A stretch of DNA of 64,000 bases from the human T2T-CHM13v2.0 reference genome, Homo sapiens (GCF_009914755.1 NC_060930.1); one strand, 5' to 3'; shown: positions 11,901-24,914, numbered from the stretch's first letter. Notes: generated by a model from the letters alone, not told the origin. Numbers and translations are program-made.

Positions 11901-14900
11901 GACACTAAACTCACAGTTCTGTAGATCAATCACAGATATGACAATGCACTTAATTATGACGAACAGCACTTAATCATGAAATCTTAATTTCCTTAACTTT
12001 AGCCAATCTGAATACTAACTTATTTAGTCCAACACTCTCACGAAATTCGTGGATTTGTTAGATCAGTCTAAATAAATAAGTTTATTTTGCCCCAATACAT
12101 GTTGCAGTTACATAACTGCAACATTTATTTTAAATTATTTACTGCATTTGAAACTCATTATTGTTCAGCAAGAAATGGAGCAAAGGTAAGTATGTAAAGG
12201 GTCTAAGAAGAATCTTAATGGCAATATAAAGCTGAATAGCAGAGGAACAGAGAGTAGCAAGGGAGAGATACAGACAAATATAGCCCTGGCCCATGTTATT
12301 CTTCAAACCAAGGGGAGGAATGGAGGAAGATGGACCCACTATTAACCTCACAACTCCGTGGATCCTCTCTACTAGGCCCTTCAGTCACAATTGGATGTCA
12401 TTAAAATCAGAGAGCTCACCCAGCCGGCATAGGGCAGAATAACAATCATTTGCTTATATTCAGAAATTTCTGGAATATAGAGAATCTCCTTTCTTGTTAC
12501 TGAAGTTCTCATCTTTTAGAAATAAGAAGAATAGAAAATGAATTCTTGCTTATCCAATCTGTAACTGAAGAAATAGATAAAGGGAGGGAATAAGTCAGGG
12601 AGGTTTCCCTTCCTCACCCTAGGTGCACATTTACTGAAAAATTTATCTCTGACCATGAGCCAGTGCTGCAGATCCCCATGTGGGAGATGCCTTCAATTCA
12701 TTTAAATTTGTCAGGCTGAAGAATCTTAGTGGTTTTTATAGCTGTGGAGGAAAAGCAATGGATCTTTATTTTTCTGCTACTCTAAGTAGGCTTATATATG
12801 GAGAAAAACAGATTTGAGGGAAAAAAATCCAAAGTGCACAAATTTTATTTATTTTGGACAGAGTACAGATGCCTTAAGATTAAAATATAATCTCAATGTT
12901 TGACAGTGTGTATATGTGTAACAATCATTCACTCTGTGAATGAAAAGTAGAATTTTATTTGAAGGGCTGTTAGAAATTGTTCATAGATGTCCTGCTTAGC
13001 ATATGTTCTTGTAAAATCAAATTAGGAGAAGCAATAAGTTTCCATTTTTTGACATCAGGGCACTTAAAAATAAATGAGACTTTATTTCATCATTTTTACA
13101 CAACTTTTGCCTGTCTGAGGTTGTCCTCATCTGTGTTTCGTCCTTGGTAGTTTTTGGTCTAGTTTGAAGCATCCGTGGCTTTTTCCTACCACCTTCCATT
13201 AGAGCCAATTCCACAGCCCAATAGACTGTTAAGAAAGTTTGAGGGGTTTTTTATGTATGGTTTGTTTCCCTGAAATTCTTCTTTTTTTTTTTTAACTTAA
13301 CAGTATTTCTCCATCCAGTTATATCTCCCTTTAGTTATGCTTTAGTTATGCCTAAATAATTCTTTCTCCACTTAAGTTTTCATGCCCTTAGGATATTTTA
13401 AGCAATCATCATGTCTCTCATCAGCTATGCTTTTAAGCTCGAAATGGCAGCCTTATTTACAGATGATGCTATTTGAAATCTAGTGTTTGTAAATAGAAGT
13501 TGGTGATGGTAAGGCTGCTAAAGCACTGGGGAAAGAAAGCTTTTATTTATTTATTTTCATTTACTTATTTGCTCTGCGGAAGGAAAAAAGGACAGAAAAA
13601 GTATTTGCTCTGAAAACTGAAGAAGAAAATGTTTGGCTCAGTTCATTCTTTCTGTAATTCCATGGGAATTTTATCACAGAGGAAGAATCTAGCCCTGTCG
13701 TATTTCTTTATGAAACACTATTCTATGTGTATTTTTAAATAATAACTAAAAATACTCTTCAGAGAATGTTAGAAATAATTCATAAAAAGATCTTAGTGCA
13801 TCTGAGAGGTGTACGAATTAAGAAAAAAGAAATAGCTGTGTATGTGTGTGTGTATATATGTACGTGTATATTTCTGTAAAGTTAAATTTCATATCAGATT
13901 AAATTACTTACATGACTGTTACAATAAACTTTGAGTGATTTACATGTGTTAAGCACTGAAGTGAAAGAAATATGAAAGTCCGGGACCCTGACCTTCAAAA
14001 GGATACTGCATAAGAAATGAAAACAGGTAAAGAGATAATAAGGATGCAAATATAATAAGTTCTAAAATAAATGCTTATTTATTGCACAAAAATTTCATTA
14101 TCCTATAGGTAAAATTAAAAATTCCAAGGAAATAGAATAATTATCAGTCCCACTAATCTACTTTTAAAATTTGGATAGTTACACATTAGGCTTTCTTAAA
14201 GGGGGAAGGTAATGAATTTGTTCAGAGGCGTTCAGAGGCATTCAGTTGCAGTTTGTGCAACAATCTCATGTTGCATTAAACTGAGTTTGGTGTTATGACA
14301 ACCAAGTAACCTATATATAGAAACAACCCATTGAAAATGTGAGCAATATTTAGGATTATGTTTACCATACTCCATTCAGATAATCCTGTTTTTAAAGGCT
14401 AGATGTTTAAGATACCTATGCCCACTCCAATTACTTTTTTCAATGTCCGACCAAAATCTGGTTGTTTTGCCTCTGGCTTGAGCTGACAATTTGTAGGTAA
14501 ATTATTAATTGATTGACTGGATTATCACAAGATGAATAGGACTCAGCATTAAGTTAATTAAAAATAATAGGAAGAAAAAATAGTTGGCCTACTTACTTTG
14601 ACATCTATGCATCTAAATCAAAATAATATTTAAATGAACAGTACTTAGTCACTATGCCGTTTACCAAATTGAAAAAATATATACATTTTATATGATATAA
14701 TAGAACCATAATTTCAGCCCAGTTCAGTCCAAAATAATAGCAAACTAAATATCAGCTTTCAAGATGTTTTTACAGATAATATTTTCACAGGCTCAGAGCA
14801 CTATTTAAGCACTAAGACATCTAGGAAAAAAGTTAGATTCACTTTAATCTGTTTTTCCAAAAATAAGGGAAATTTCCAATCAAATTATTTAATTAAAGGT

Positions 14901-16299
14901 CTTCATGATTAAGAGCATTTGGAACATATAAAGTTAAAAAATAAATTTAAAGCTTTGGAAGAGGATGTTTAAGACTAGGTTAGGCTATTGCTATCCTTGG
15001 ACTGATTCTTTAGAATATAGTAAGGAAGTGTTCTAAGGTCAGTTTGGGGAATCAAGAACAATGTAAATAGGTTTTGTGTCTAAGTTTCTCATCTTAAATA
15101 ATGAGAATAGCAGTTCACATTTGCAGGATTGGGCCAAGGATATAATGTATAATATGTATGCGGATGCTAGCACATAATAAACTCTCAATAAACAGTAGCT
15201 ATAATAATCAGAAATATTTTTCTCAGGTACAATTGTTTGCTTGTTTCTGTAGCCCAGTTTCCTGCTCCACATCATAAAACTCAGTGCCATATAAAAATGA
15301 CTGTAAATTCATATGAGAGGGGAAAGCCTGTAGGAAAACTGCTGAGAGGTGGACTCTCCTACTGTCAGCATTTACAGTCACCCTAATCCATACAGAAAAC
15401 CCAGATACAAGTACCAAGAATGGGCAGAAAATGGAGTGAGGGAGGCAGACACCAGGGGGCTTGTAGTGCTTCTCCCTACCTGGTGCACTTGCCTGGCTCT
15501 AACAGAAACCTTTATGGTGCCTCACACACATCTTCCCTGCCATCGCCGGAAGCTCTACTGTGAGGACAAAAGTGTCCTGTGGTAGCTAGACCATCACTCA
15601 GCTGCTGCCATAATTAGTCACCTACAGCAGATTCCAGAATTCTCTGCTCCAGGATTCGGGGGATATGTTGTTAGACTCTTTGAGCCTGGAGGCAATTAGC
15701 AGGAGACCAGAAAAAATGAAGAGGATCGTAATCAAATTGTAAAAGCTGAAACCAGCCAGAAATGTGAGGTTGAACGTGATAGTTTTGAAAGAGAAAAATA
15801 TATAATATAATAAGAAACTGTCTCACTTGTCTCCTTTTTCTCAAAAATTATGAATAAGTGTGTAATAAAAAGTATTGGTTTTTACTTCACCATTCAGTCC
15901 TGTTACAGACTGTGTAGCCCCCTTGCACTATTTAAAAAATAACAACAACTTATCACTGAATTTCTGGATATAAAAATAATAAATATTTAATAAAAAGGGC
16001 TAGTAACTGACTAGTCCTGAAGTTAGATTTTGTGCAAAAATAATAATAATCTTTTCTTGGTTTTGATCTCTTAAATTTTACTTTAATTTTCTCAATGAAA
16101 TGAAGATAGACAATAAGAGAAGAAAATAATTATAATTGAAGAAAAAATATTATATTTTATTTTTTGAGTTAAAGTATGTTACTTTCACTTACAATTCCAT
16201 ATGAACCTTCTTCCACACCCAATCCATTTACATATTTTTTTTCTATAGTAAAAAGAAAGTGATAAATACAACTGAAAGGTGGGCTAATTATCTCACATG

Positions 16300-17480
16300 G
16301 AAGATGGGTGGGAGTACACAGGTAGGCACAACACACAACAGTACACACAGAGCATCCATTATAACGCTGGCTTCTTTTGAAAAAGTACTAGTCACGAAAA
16401 GAGTAAATAGCGTAGAGTGGGTTCTGCCCTTCGTGGCTGTGATTAGAGTCCTAATGCTGTGTTGCCTTAAAGCGTGCCAATTTCATTTCTACATTGAAAT
16501 ACGCTTTAGAGGACAGAAAGAAAGCTGATTATTTAATCAAAGGAAGGGGGAAAGCCAAAATAATCCACTGTATCTCATGAAGGGGTGGGAGAGGGGGGAG
16601 GAAAACCTTCTGAAAGCATTATACTAAAGACGCTTCTTTATTTTAAGTAACAAATAAAATAGCAAAACATTTTTTCCCATCATAAAAACTGACTTTGGTC
16701 CCCAGTACAGCCATTGAGTGGAAAATTGAACCACAATATAATTGCTTTCCCTGTGACCGATAAAGTGGTGTAACAAATTTTGTGTTTGAATGATAAAATC
16801 AGCAATCGGCCCCTAGCATTTCCCTCTGCCATTCCTCCAAGGACACTCAAGTCCCATCAGGCTTCAGGGCAAGAGAAAGGGTGGAGGAACTAACTGTAAA
16901 TCTACTCCAAGTTGTTGCTGTATTTCTCTTGCTTGCTTGCTTGCTTAAAAAATTTAAAAAAAAAAAGCAATAAAAATGTCTATGTTTGCCTTTAAATACC
17001 TAATATAAATCACTTCCGAACGTGGGGAAAAATCCACCCTTCAATGAAAACTGATTACTGATGTAGAAAAAATCTGAAGCCATACTGAGAAAAATTATTT
17101 TACTCAAGAGTAAAATCTTGTTAGAATGGGGAAATTGTCTTAACAGTCCCAGCGACAAATGACACAGCTGTTTGATACAGAGGCAGCAGCCAGAAAGATG
17201 CTGTCCATAGGAAGGAAAACAGGCTGCATTTGTGTGCTCATTATGACAGGATTTAACTGCAAAAAGATCCAGCATGTTCAGTGGAGAAGCACGCAGAGCT
17301 TGTCCATCACAGCAGCTGACTTTCTCAGACCATTTGGTATAATGGTCTTAAATGGCAGTGACGATGGTAAAGTTCTGCATAACTCCCCTCAATTTTTTCT
17401 TTTTTGGCCTATTCTCTAAAGGAGGGTAAATTCCAAGTTTCAGGCAGAGCTGCTTGATTATGGTATTATTGTACCTGGTA
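16300..17480. promoter_or_regulatory. Candidate conserved non-coding element / enhancer block
   Basis: Repeat-free, with several retained CpGs, TCF/LEF ATCAAAGG (16536-16543), TAAT/ATTA cores and CAGCTG E-boxes. Conservation is inferred, not measured. Confidence 0.45.
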
Positions 17481-18039
17481 TAAGGAAAGATAAGAGGAAA
17501 AAAGGAGCAAGATCCCACTGAAGTGATGCTAAGTCCAGCAGGTGTTTATATGGGAGCTCATGCTGCACTAAAACATTTGGTTTGCAAACCTGGACCCAGG
17601 TTTGGTCCTCTGCAGCTACTCACTGAAGTTCATTTAGGAGAGTTTATTTCTTGGATAGTGCTTCTGTTTTGACCTGGAGATATGGGAACATGCAGAGACT
17701 TTGATAATGAGAAATATTTTGAAATAATGTTTAATCACATAAATAATGAAAAATATTTTGAAAGATCAACTTCTTCAAACTTTGCAGAAGCTCTTAGTTC
17801 TATTTGGTGAGGAATATCTATCTGCCACTCATATAAGAATACAGTCCCTGAAAGCAGGCAGCCAGCCTCCAAAGCGTTTGGTGCCTGATCTAACAGGGAA
17901 TCATAAATAGGCAACAATATGAGTAGTTTTGGAAAAATTATTTTATAGTTTTCTGTGCTTTACAAATTTCTTCAATGAGTAAAACTTTTGTTTCATCTCT
18001 TACATAATCTTAAGGACTTCTTAAGGTGATTTCTTAACT

Positions 18040-18760
18040 TTAATGTTGGAAATTTTTAACATGAATAAAAATAGAACAGTATCATGATCCTGATGTGCCA
18101 ATTACCCACTTCAACAGTTGGAACTCATGTCTGGGCTTGTTTCAGGAACACCCCCACTCCTCAGATTATTTTGAAGGAAAACCAAGACACACTATTGCTT
18201 CATATGTAAATATTCCCAAATGTATATTTCTAAGAGGCAAGGACTAAAAATATGACCATAGTTTTATTGTTACACATAAAATAATTGACAATAAATAATT
18301 TCTTCTTTTCACCAATATTTAGTCATGGTATTATTTAATATGTTCTCTGTCCCTTATAGTTTCTGTAAATTTGTAATTGTATAATACAACTCATTAACAG
18401 TCTGTTTGCTTGCCATATATTATTGTTGGTTGGTATATCTCTTCACTCTTTTAAAAGTTCCTTTTTAATTTTTTAGAGTTTTCAATAAATTTAATAAATT
18501 GTTTTGTGAGTTTCTTGCCATTTGGAGTTTGTTGAGTGCATGCTCACAGTATTGTTGAATATGCCTTGTATTTCCTATAAATCCATGATTAGATCTAGAA
18601 GCTTGATCATTTTAGATTGGATTGTTTGGAGGGCAGGAGGAGCAACATGACTTCCTGGGTGTATTTCCATCAGGAGATACTTAGTCTATTTTTGTGGGAT
18701 CAAAATAGCCACTAATGATCATCACTTCTCTAAGTGTTACCAAATTTGATATTTTAAATA
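18040..18760 (-). mobile_element. L1MC4/5-like 3' end
   Basis: cccactcctcagattattttgaag...cttcatatgtaaatatt; gattagatctagaagcttgatca. Confidence 0.7.
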
Positions 18761-19348
18761 TATTAAAAATAGAAATATAGCAGTGAATCTCCATTAACTG
18801 ATTTCCACTAAAAGAGTGGTAATGCTAAGAGAAGGCCAAACTGGGGAGGATTCAGGAGAAACTGGTTTAGGGTCAGTCTGGTCTTTGTTCCTCTAATCTG
18901 TAAAATGAGAAGATTCTTTTCTAAGGACTGTCTAGAACCTAAAACTGTAAAAGTACTTGTTTTACTGTAAGAGGTACATATGGCACACCTGGCACCCTCT
19001 CATATTGGAGAGGACCACTTACCTCTGAAATATGATAAACCATTAGGAAGCAGACTGGGCTTTTACCCAAGTTCTCTTAGTGGATGAGGGGAAACAGCCA
19101 CATCTACATGGTTATTGTTTAAGTGAGCAGATTGAATTGTGAACTGAATCCAGACTCTGGTGAAATCCAGTATTTAAAATGTGCAATTCAATACTGATAC
19201 TAAATTAGAATTTTCAAAAAGAATTATTGATAATGATGCAGGTTAGTGGTTAGAGCCCAAACTGTAGCTCATAATAACTCCAGATTTGAATATCCAAACT
19301 GTAAGACCCTACAAGCTAAATAGAATTGATGATATCTGCCTCGCTGAA

Positions 19349-19691
19349 TGTTATGACCTGAATGTTTGTGTCCTTGGAAAATGCATGTTAAAATTCTAGC
19401 CATCAAATTGATACTTTTCAGAGGTGGGGCCTTTGGACAGTGATTAGGCCATGATGATAGAGCCCTCAGGAATAGGATAATGTCCCTATAAAAAAGGTGC
19501 AGGAGAGACCCCGCCTCCCTTCTACCATGTGAAGACACAACAAGAAGATGCCATCTATGAGCCAGAAAGCAAGCCTTCATCAGATACCAAATCTTCTTCT
19601 TGGTCTCCAGACTGTGAGAAATGAATGTCTGTTGTTTATGAGCCACCCAGTCTAAGCTATTCTGTTATAAAAGTCCGAATGTACTAAGACA
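19349..19691 (+). mobile_element. MaLR solo LTR (MLT1A0-like) inserted in a MIR (19230-19800)
   Basis: tgttatgacctgaatgtttgtgtcc...gaggtggggcctttgg...actaagaca. Confidence 0.85.
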
Positions 19692-20187
19692 TGAATATTG
19701 CAAAAATTCGATGCAAAAGAATGTGGCTGAAGCAACTACATCAGTGAGTGCCTGGCACTTAGAAAGTACTTCATAAATAGTCATTATTATTGATAATTAT
19801 AAGCATAGTAGTCTACAACATGATTGCATGAACATTTTGCAATATAGGTGGTCAACCTTGAGCTTTTCTAACTGAAAGTTTGGTGAATATACAATATTGC
19901 CTGTCATATTAGAATATTCATAATTACCCTCCTGTGTGTGAAAAAGAAATCTGTTGTTTTCTATTCTTACTTTAGTTCTGCAATTAGGCTGTCCCAAAGC
20001 CTTGCTATCCCCAAACAAAAGGGGAGATGAAAAGCAGTGTAATCCTTGGGAAAGCATGTGTCATCTGCCTTTCGTTAGGTGTCCAGGCTTTCACCCTTGT
20101 CGCCTCCAGACTATACAGTAGACAGAATGATTCTTTAAAACATATCAGATTATGTTGACTCTCTGTTCAAATCCTCTACTGGCCCAC

Positions 20188-20793
20188 TGTAGTGGTCCCT
20201 CCAAAAACATGTCCATATACTGATGCCTGGAACATGTTACTGTGACCTCATTTGGAAAACAGATCTTCATGGATGTAATTAAGGACTACATGATGAGATC
20301 ACTGTGGGTTTAGAGTGAACTCTGAATCTAATGACAGATGTTCTTAGAAAAGCAAAGAAAGATTTGGAAGATGCAGAGAAGAAGGTGATGTAAAGACAAA
20401 GGCAGAGATCTGAGTGATGGAATGCATCTGCTGGTTTCTCTGAACATCGTAGAAAGTGACTTTTTGGCTCATAGTATCCCTAGTCCCATTTCCCTCCTTT
20501 CACAACATTGTCAAACACCAACTGCAAACCTTCTCTACTGGCCTTTCCCCAGAGACTCACCCACACCCCCCTGAGGCAAGTATGCCAAGGAATACCAAGG
20601 ATTGCCAGCAGCCCCCAGAGGCTTAGAGAGAAGCATGGAACAGATTTGCCCTCACAGCCTCCAGAGGAAACCAACCCTGCTGACAACTTCAGTTAAGATT
20701 TCTGGCCTCCAGAACTGTGAGGGAATATATTTCTGTCATTTCAAGCCACTGGCTTGTGATAATTTGTTACAACAACCATAGGAAACTAATATG
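20188..20793 (+). mobile_element. MLT1C LTR with a 159-bp foreign insert (20424-20582), nested in an L2 (about 20100-21300, +)
   Basis: Consensus runs ggcagagatctgagtgatg|insert|gccaaggaataccaaggattgccagc...ggaaactaata. Confidence 0.85.
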
Positions 20794-21612
20794 TACCTAC
20801 ACAGTTCTTTCCACAAGGATCCACGTGGTCTGGCTCAGTCTGTCTGTTGGCCGCTGTTTCTCTCTGGCTCTGCACCAGTCACTCTGACCTTGCTGTTATT
20901 TGGCCGTGCTGGATTTGTTGCCATCTCAAGCCTCTGAACTTCCCCTCTAGAATGCACTGCACCCAGATCTTCACCTGACTGGCTTCCTCTTTTCATTCAG
21001 ATCCCTGTTAAATACTAGGCCTCAGGGAGATCCTCCCTCATCATCCTCCTTAAAACAGCCACTTTATTTCCTTATACCATCACTTGCTATTACTTGCACT
21101 GCTTTAGTTTTCTTAACAGTGCTTACAACCTCCTGTCGATATACCAGCATTTCCTCATTTCTTAGTTTATCTCATCCCATTAGAATTTTAGACTCCATGG
21201 AAACAGGAAGTTTTTCTCTTGTTCAGCACTCCATCTTCAACACATAGAGTAATGTTGGAGCCATAGTAGGCATGTAATTAATATCTGTTGAATAAATTAT
21301 TTAACCTGAAATCTAGAAAAATAGGTAATGATTGACATGGGCATAATTACATTTTGTAGGAAATGCATCTGTGGGCCGTATCTCAAGGCTCACATTGTCA
21401 AAGATCTCAGAACTACATTGAAATAATTGTCATTGGAAAATAACCTGATTCTCTAAAACTGGGTTTGGGAAACCAGTTTTCAAAAGGAAAATCTGACAAG
21501 TTTGCATGCAGGACTAGAGTGGTGTGGAAAGGCTCCTTGCAAAGAATGCCTTGATTTTTTTCCATCAGGTTCCCTCCTGGGCAGTCTCACAGAACACTGG
21601 GTAGCTGTGGTT

Positions 21613-21771
21613 TACCTGCCTCACATGTATCTGAGGGATCCTCTGAGGAAAGATGAGTAGAGAAGGTTTGCAGTTGATGTTTGACAACATGGTAGAAGGA
21701 AAGAGATGGGACTAGGGATACTATGAGCCACAAAGTCACTTTCTGTGGTATCCAAAGAACCATGCAGATGC
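21613..21771. repeat. Donor arm of an inverted duplication (reverse complement of 20424-20582)
   Basis: Direct alignment: 38/39 identity (20451-20489 vs 21706-21744) and 31/32 identity (20508-20539 vs 21656-21687), with weaker matching flanks. Confidence 0.93.
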
Positions 21772-22034
21772 TTTGACAGTTTAGTCACCTCTGATTTAAG
21801 TTTACAAAGGATATAGTGCTTTGAGAGTCACCTTACAGACCGACCACTCAATGCTTGGAGTATTGGAGAACAGTATTGCACAGTTTGAGTTGCTAAACCC
21901 CCACTAAGGTTTTAGCCACCAAGAAAAGACAATGGAAGTATTTAGAAATATAGTTAACTTTAAAGATGCTGACAACTGCTATTAGAAACCGCATTACCTT
22001 TTAAGTAATTAAGAACTTGAGCCAAGAAACTGGA

Positions 22035-22240
22035 GGCAAAGTTAAGATAAATGGCAGTGCACCCAGCTGGGCAAGGTGCCTGGTGGGGGACCACAGGGAA
22101 CAGGCAGAGCTGTGGTTAGTGCTATTTAACATTTTTATTTATAGTCCTGTTGAGGGAACTACAAACACATGTTATACACATGCAGATGCTACTGAATTCA
22201 GAGTCATTATAAATCAAAGGGAGGACAGAGAAATGAGAGC
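22035..22240 (+). mobile_element. CR1/L3 LINE ORF2 reverse-transcriptase remnant
   Basis: Translation KINGS..W, PQG (other frame, 22091), VLFNIFI, HADAT (degenerate FADDT) and EDR, with CR1-like spacing. Confidence 0.8.
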
Positions 22241-22959
22241 AATGGGCAGGCAAAGAGAAAATGAAGGTCTCTCTTGGAAGATCTACAAGAGGAAACAGAC
22301 GAAACACTGGAAGCAGTAGTGCTGAAAAGAAAGTCCAAGAAGTAATTCAAGAATGAAGGATTTACATTTCATGTCAAGTTCTAAAAAGGCTAATATGGGC
22401 TACCAGGAGCTCTAAAATCCCCATGTCACATAGAATATGAGTCTTAAAATGCAAGACAGTGGAGAGAAATGGAAAACTTTCTGAATTTGTCTCCAGCCCA
22501 CGGATGAGGGTAAGAGGAGGCCAGCTGGCTTTTTCCAGGTTTCTCACCCTATTAGGATCCTCAAAAGACAAAAACTTGTAGGATTCTTTGATGTCAGGTT
22601 AGCCCAATTCCAAAGGGTTTGACAAAGTCACATTTATCAAATTCTCCCTTTGATCAACTCAGTTGCCCCAATTCAGAGTTGTCTAACATGGTTTTTATGG
22701 AGGCGAAAAGAAACAGACCCTTTTATTATTATTACAACAGAAGCATGGAACTTTCTACCTCACAATTGAATTTTTAAAAAACTAAGTTTGGTACTTACCA
22801 GACGGAAGAAAAAGAGGGACAGGAGAAATAATAAAATAAAATAAAGAAGGGGTGCAAAGGAGTACAAGTGTATGAGCCCCAGATCACAATTTCAGGATAG
22901 TGATGAGAAGATTCGAGGGGTTTTTTCATGTCTGGTGAGGGTATTCCAATCCCAATTAA

Positions 22960-23179
22960 TGAGAGTTTCTCAGCTTTAGCACTGCTAACATTTTCAGGCA
23001 TATAATTGGGGTGTGCATGCCCTGTGCATTGTAGAATGTTTAGCAGCATCCCCAGCTTCTACCCAGGGGATGCCAGTAGCATATCCCACCCCTGGTCATG
23101 GCAACCCAAAATATCTTCAGACATTGCTAAATGTCCCTTGGGGGCAACCACCCTGTACCTCTCCAATTCAGAACCACTG
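22960..23179 (-). mobile_element. MER20 (hAT-Charlie)
   Basis: gtgcattgtagaatgtttagcagcatccc...gatgccagtagc...cagacattgctaaatgtccc...gaaccactg. Confidence 0.9.
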
Positions 23180-24914
23180 AACTAGATGGATGGATTCAGG
23201 AGGAGAAACATCCTCCAAATTGGGAAGTATTTTTATGGATTTCTAACAGAAAGATCATACCTTTTCTCTACATCTCTATGTAGACTCTATACAGACTTGG
23301 GTTGCATAGCCTTTGAAGTTTCAGAAAGGATATAAAGATATTTGGCTAAGTCACTGAGTTTGAGATGTTCCTTTCATTTTATCCCAGACAGGCACTGAAA
23401 TCTGGGACACTCAATTGCCATACAAGATTTCAGGATCCACTCACAGCTTTAAGGCTTCCAAACTTCTGGCCCTGGGTTGACCCATATTAGGGGGTTGACA
23501 TATAAGAGGAGGCACATGTTGACTTCCATTGATCCATCCTTCTCAGGGCAGACTGTTTCTCTGTCCCCTGAGACTTGCTTCTGCTGAGCCCATGCCTGAT
23601 TTTGAAAAGTAGGGTGGCTGGGTTGTAGCCTGACCAGCTTTATGTAAAACCAGCAAATCCCTAAAGCAGGGAACACGTCACCATTAGTGAGCTCCCATGG
23701 TCTAAGTTTGGAAGCTCCCGACCTGTGCTGTTAGAAAACATGATCAGATGGAATCAGAATCACTGCAGGTACTAACTTTATAAAGCAGGCTTACAAAAGC
23801 ACATTGGAGGGTTTTATATATTGATTAAGCAGAATAATATTAATATGATTTTTGCCTCTAGCCCACATCTTTCTTCTGAATATTTCCACCTAGAATTGAG
23901 AAAGTTTCTCTGATTCCAGCTGAATACTAATGCCATAAATTTCGTGATGACCATTTGACCTATGTCTTTTCTTTCTTTCTCTCTTCTGCACCTCCCCTCT
24001 TCCCCTGTTCCTCCAGAGAAAACAGCTTTCCAGGTTTCACTGTGGGGCTCACGTGTCTCCTCGGCTCACCATTGAGGCAGTGACTGATGGTTTGCAGTGC
24101 TGCCTCCCTTGACCTCGTCAACATCAGAAACTGCTCTCAAATCTCAGTCATCTCTGACAGCCTTTGAGCAGAGAAATGAGACAGTCTCCCTGACACAAAG
24201 GCTTCTGGCCTGGGGTAAAAAATTCCTTTTGGAAAAAAAAATTCGAACACTCTACAGACCACACTGCTTTCCATTTATCTTGCAGTCTGGCCCATCCATC
24301 CCCAACTCCACATTAGCTTTCAGACATTATAGACTTTTTCTATTTCTTGGAGGCTAGCCACAGTAGGTGAGATATTTTTACATAGTAATAGGTTTATTCC
24401 TGGCATCGCTTTCAGAGCCAAGAAGAAAGCTGGTCAGTTTATGTAATAGCAGTTGGTTAATTTTAACTTTTGATTAGCAAAACAAGGGTTAATCTTATTT
24501 CTCAGTATGACAACTAGTAGTTAATCCAAATAATATGAAGAAAATGGAATGACAGAACTGAGAATTAATACAAAGAACAACCAGTCTCATTCAATCAGAA
24601 TGACATTCTAGAATCTTTTGAGTGAGGATAGAATATGTAAATAGAGGCAATGTATGTGATCTGAAAATTAAAGCAAATGAAAAAGAAGTAAATATTGATT
24701 CTAATTTTTTCTCAGAGTGGTAGTAAACTGTCTTGATATATTTAGGCTCCATTTTCTTAACCTCAGAATGGAATAAAATACCTGTTTCCTCCAGTATTCA
24801 GCCTCAGTGCATTCATGTTAAGAATGCCAAGTCTTTCAGATCATAAGAAAAAAGGATACGTAAACATAATTTATTTTCCTTTGGGTTCTTCCTCAGTCAG
24901 CCAGGCTTATATAA

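Noticed and set aside
9371-14245. Short tandem duplications (aagcaaaggtgt x2 at 9371; ctttagttatg x2 at about 13330; ttcagaggc x2 at 14221)
   Set aside because: Ordinary slippage duplications.
17000-17419. Overlapping 91-aa and 86-aa ORFs as coding exons
   Set aside because: No recognisable domain, no consistent splice-flanked frame and no codon-like pattern. A non-coding element is the better reading.
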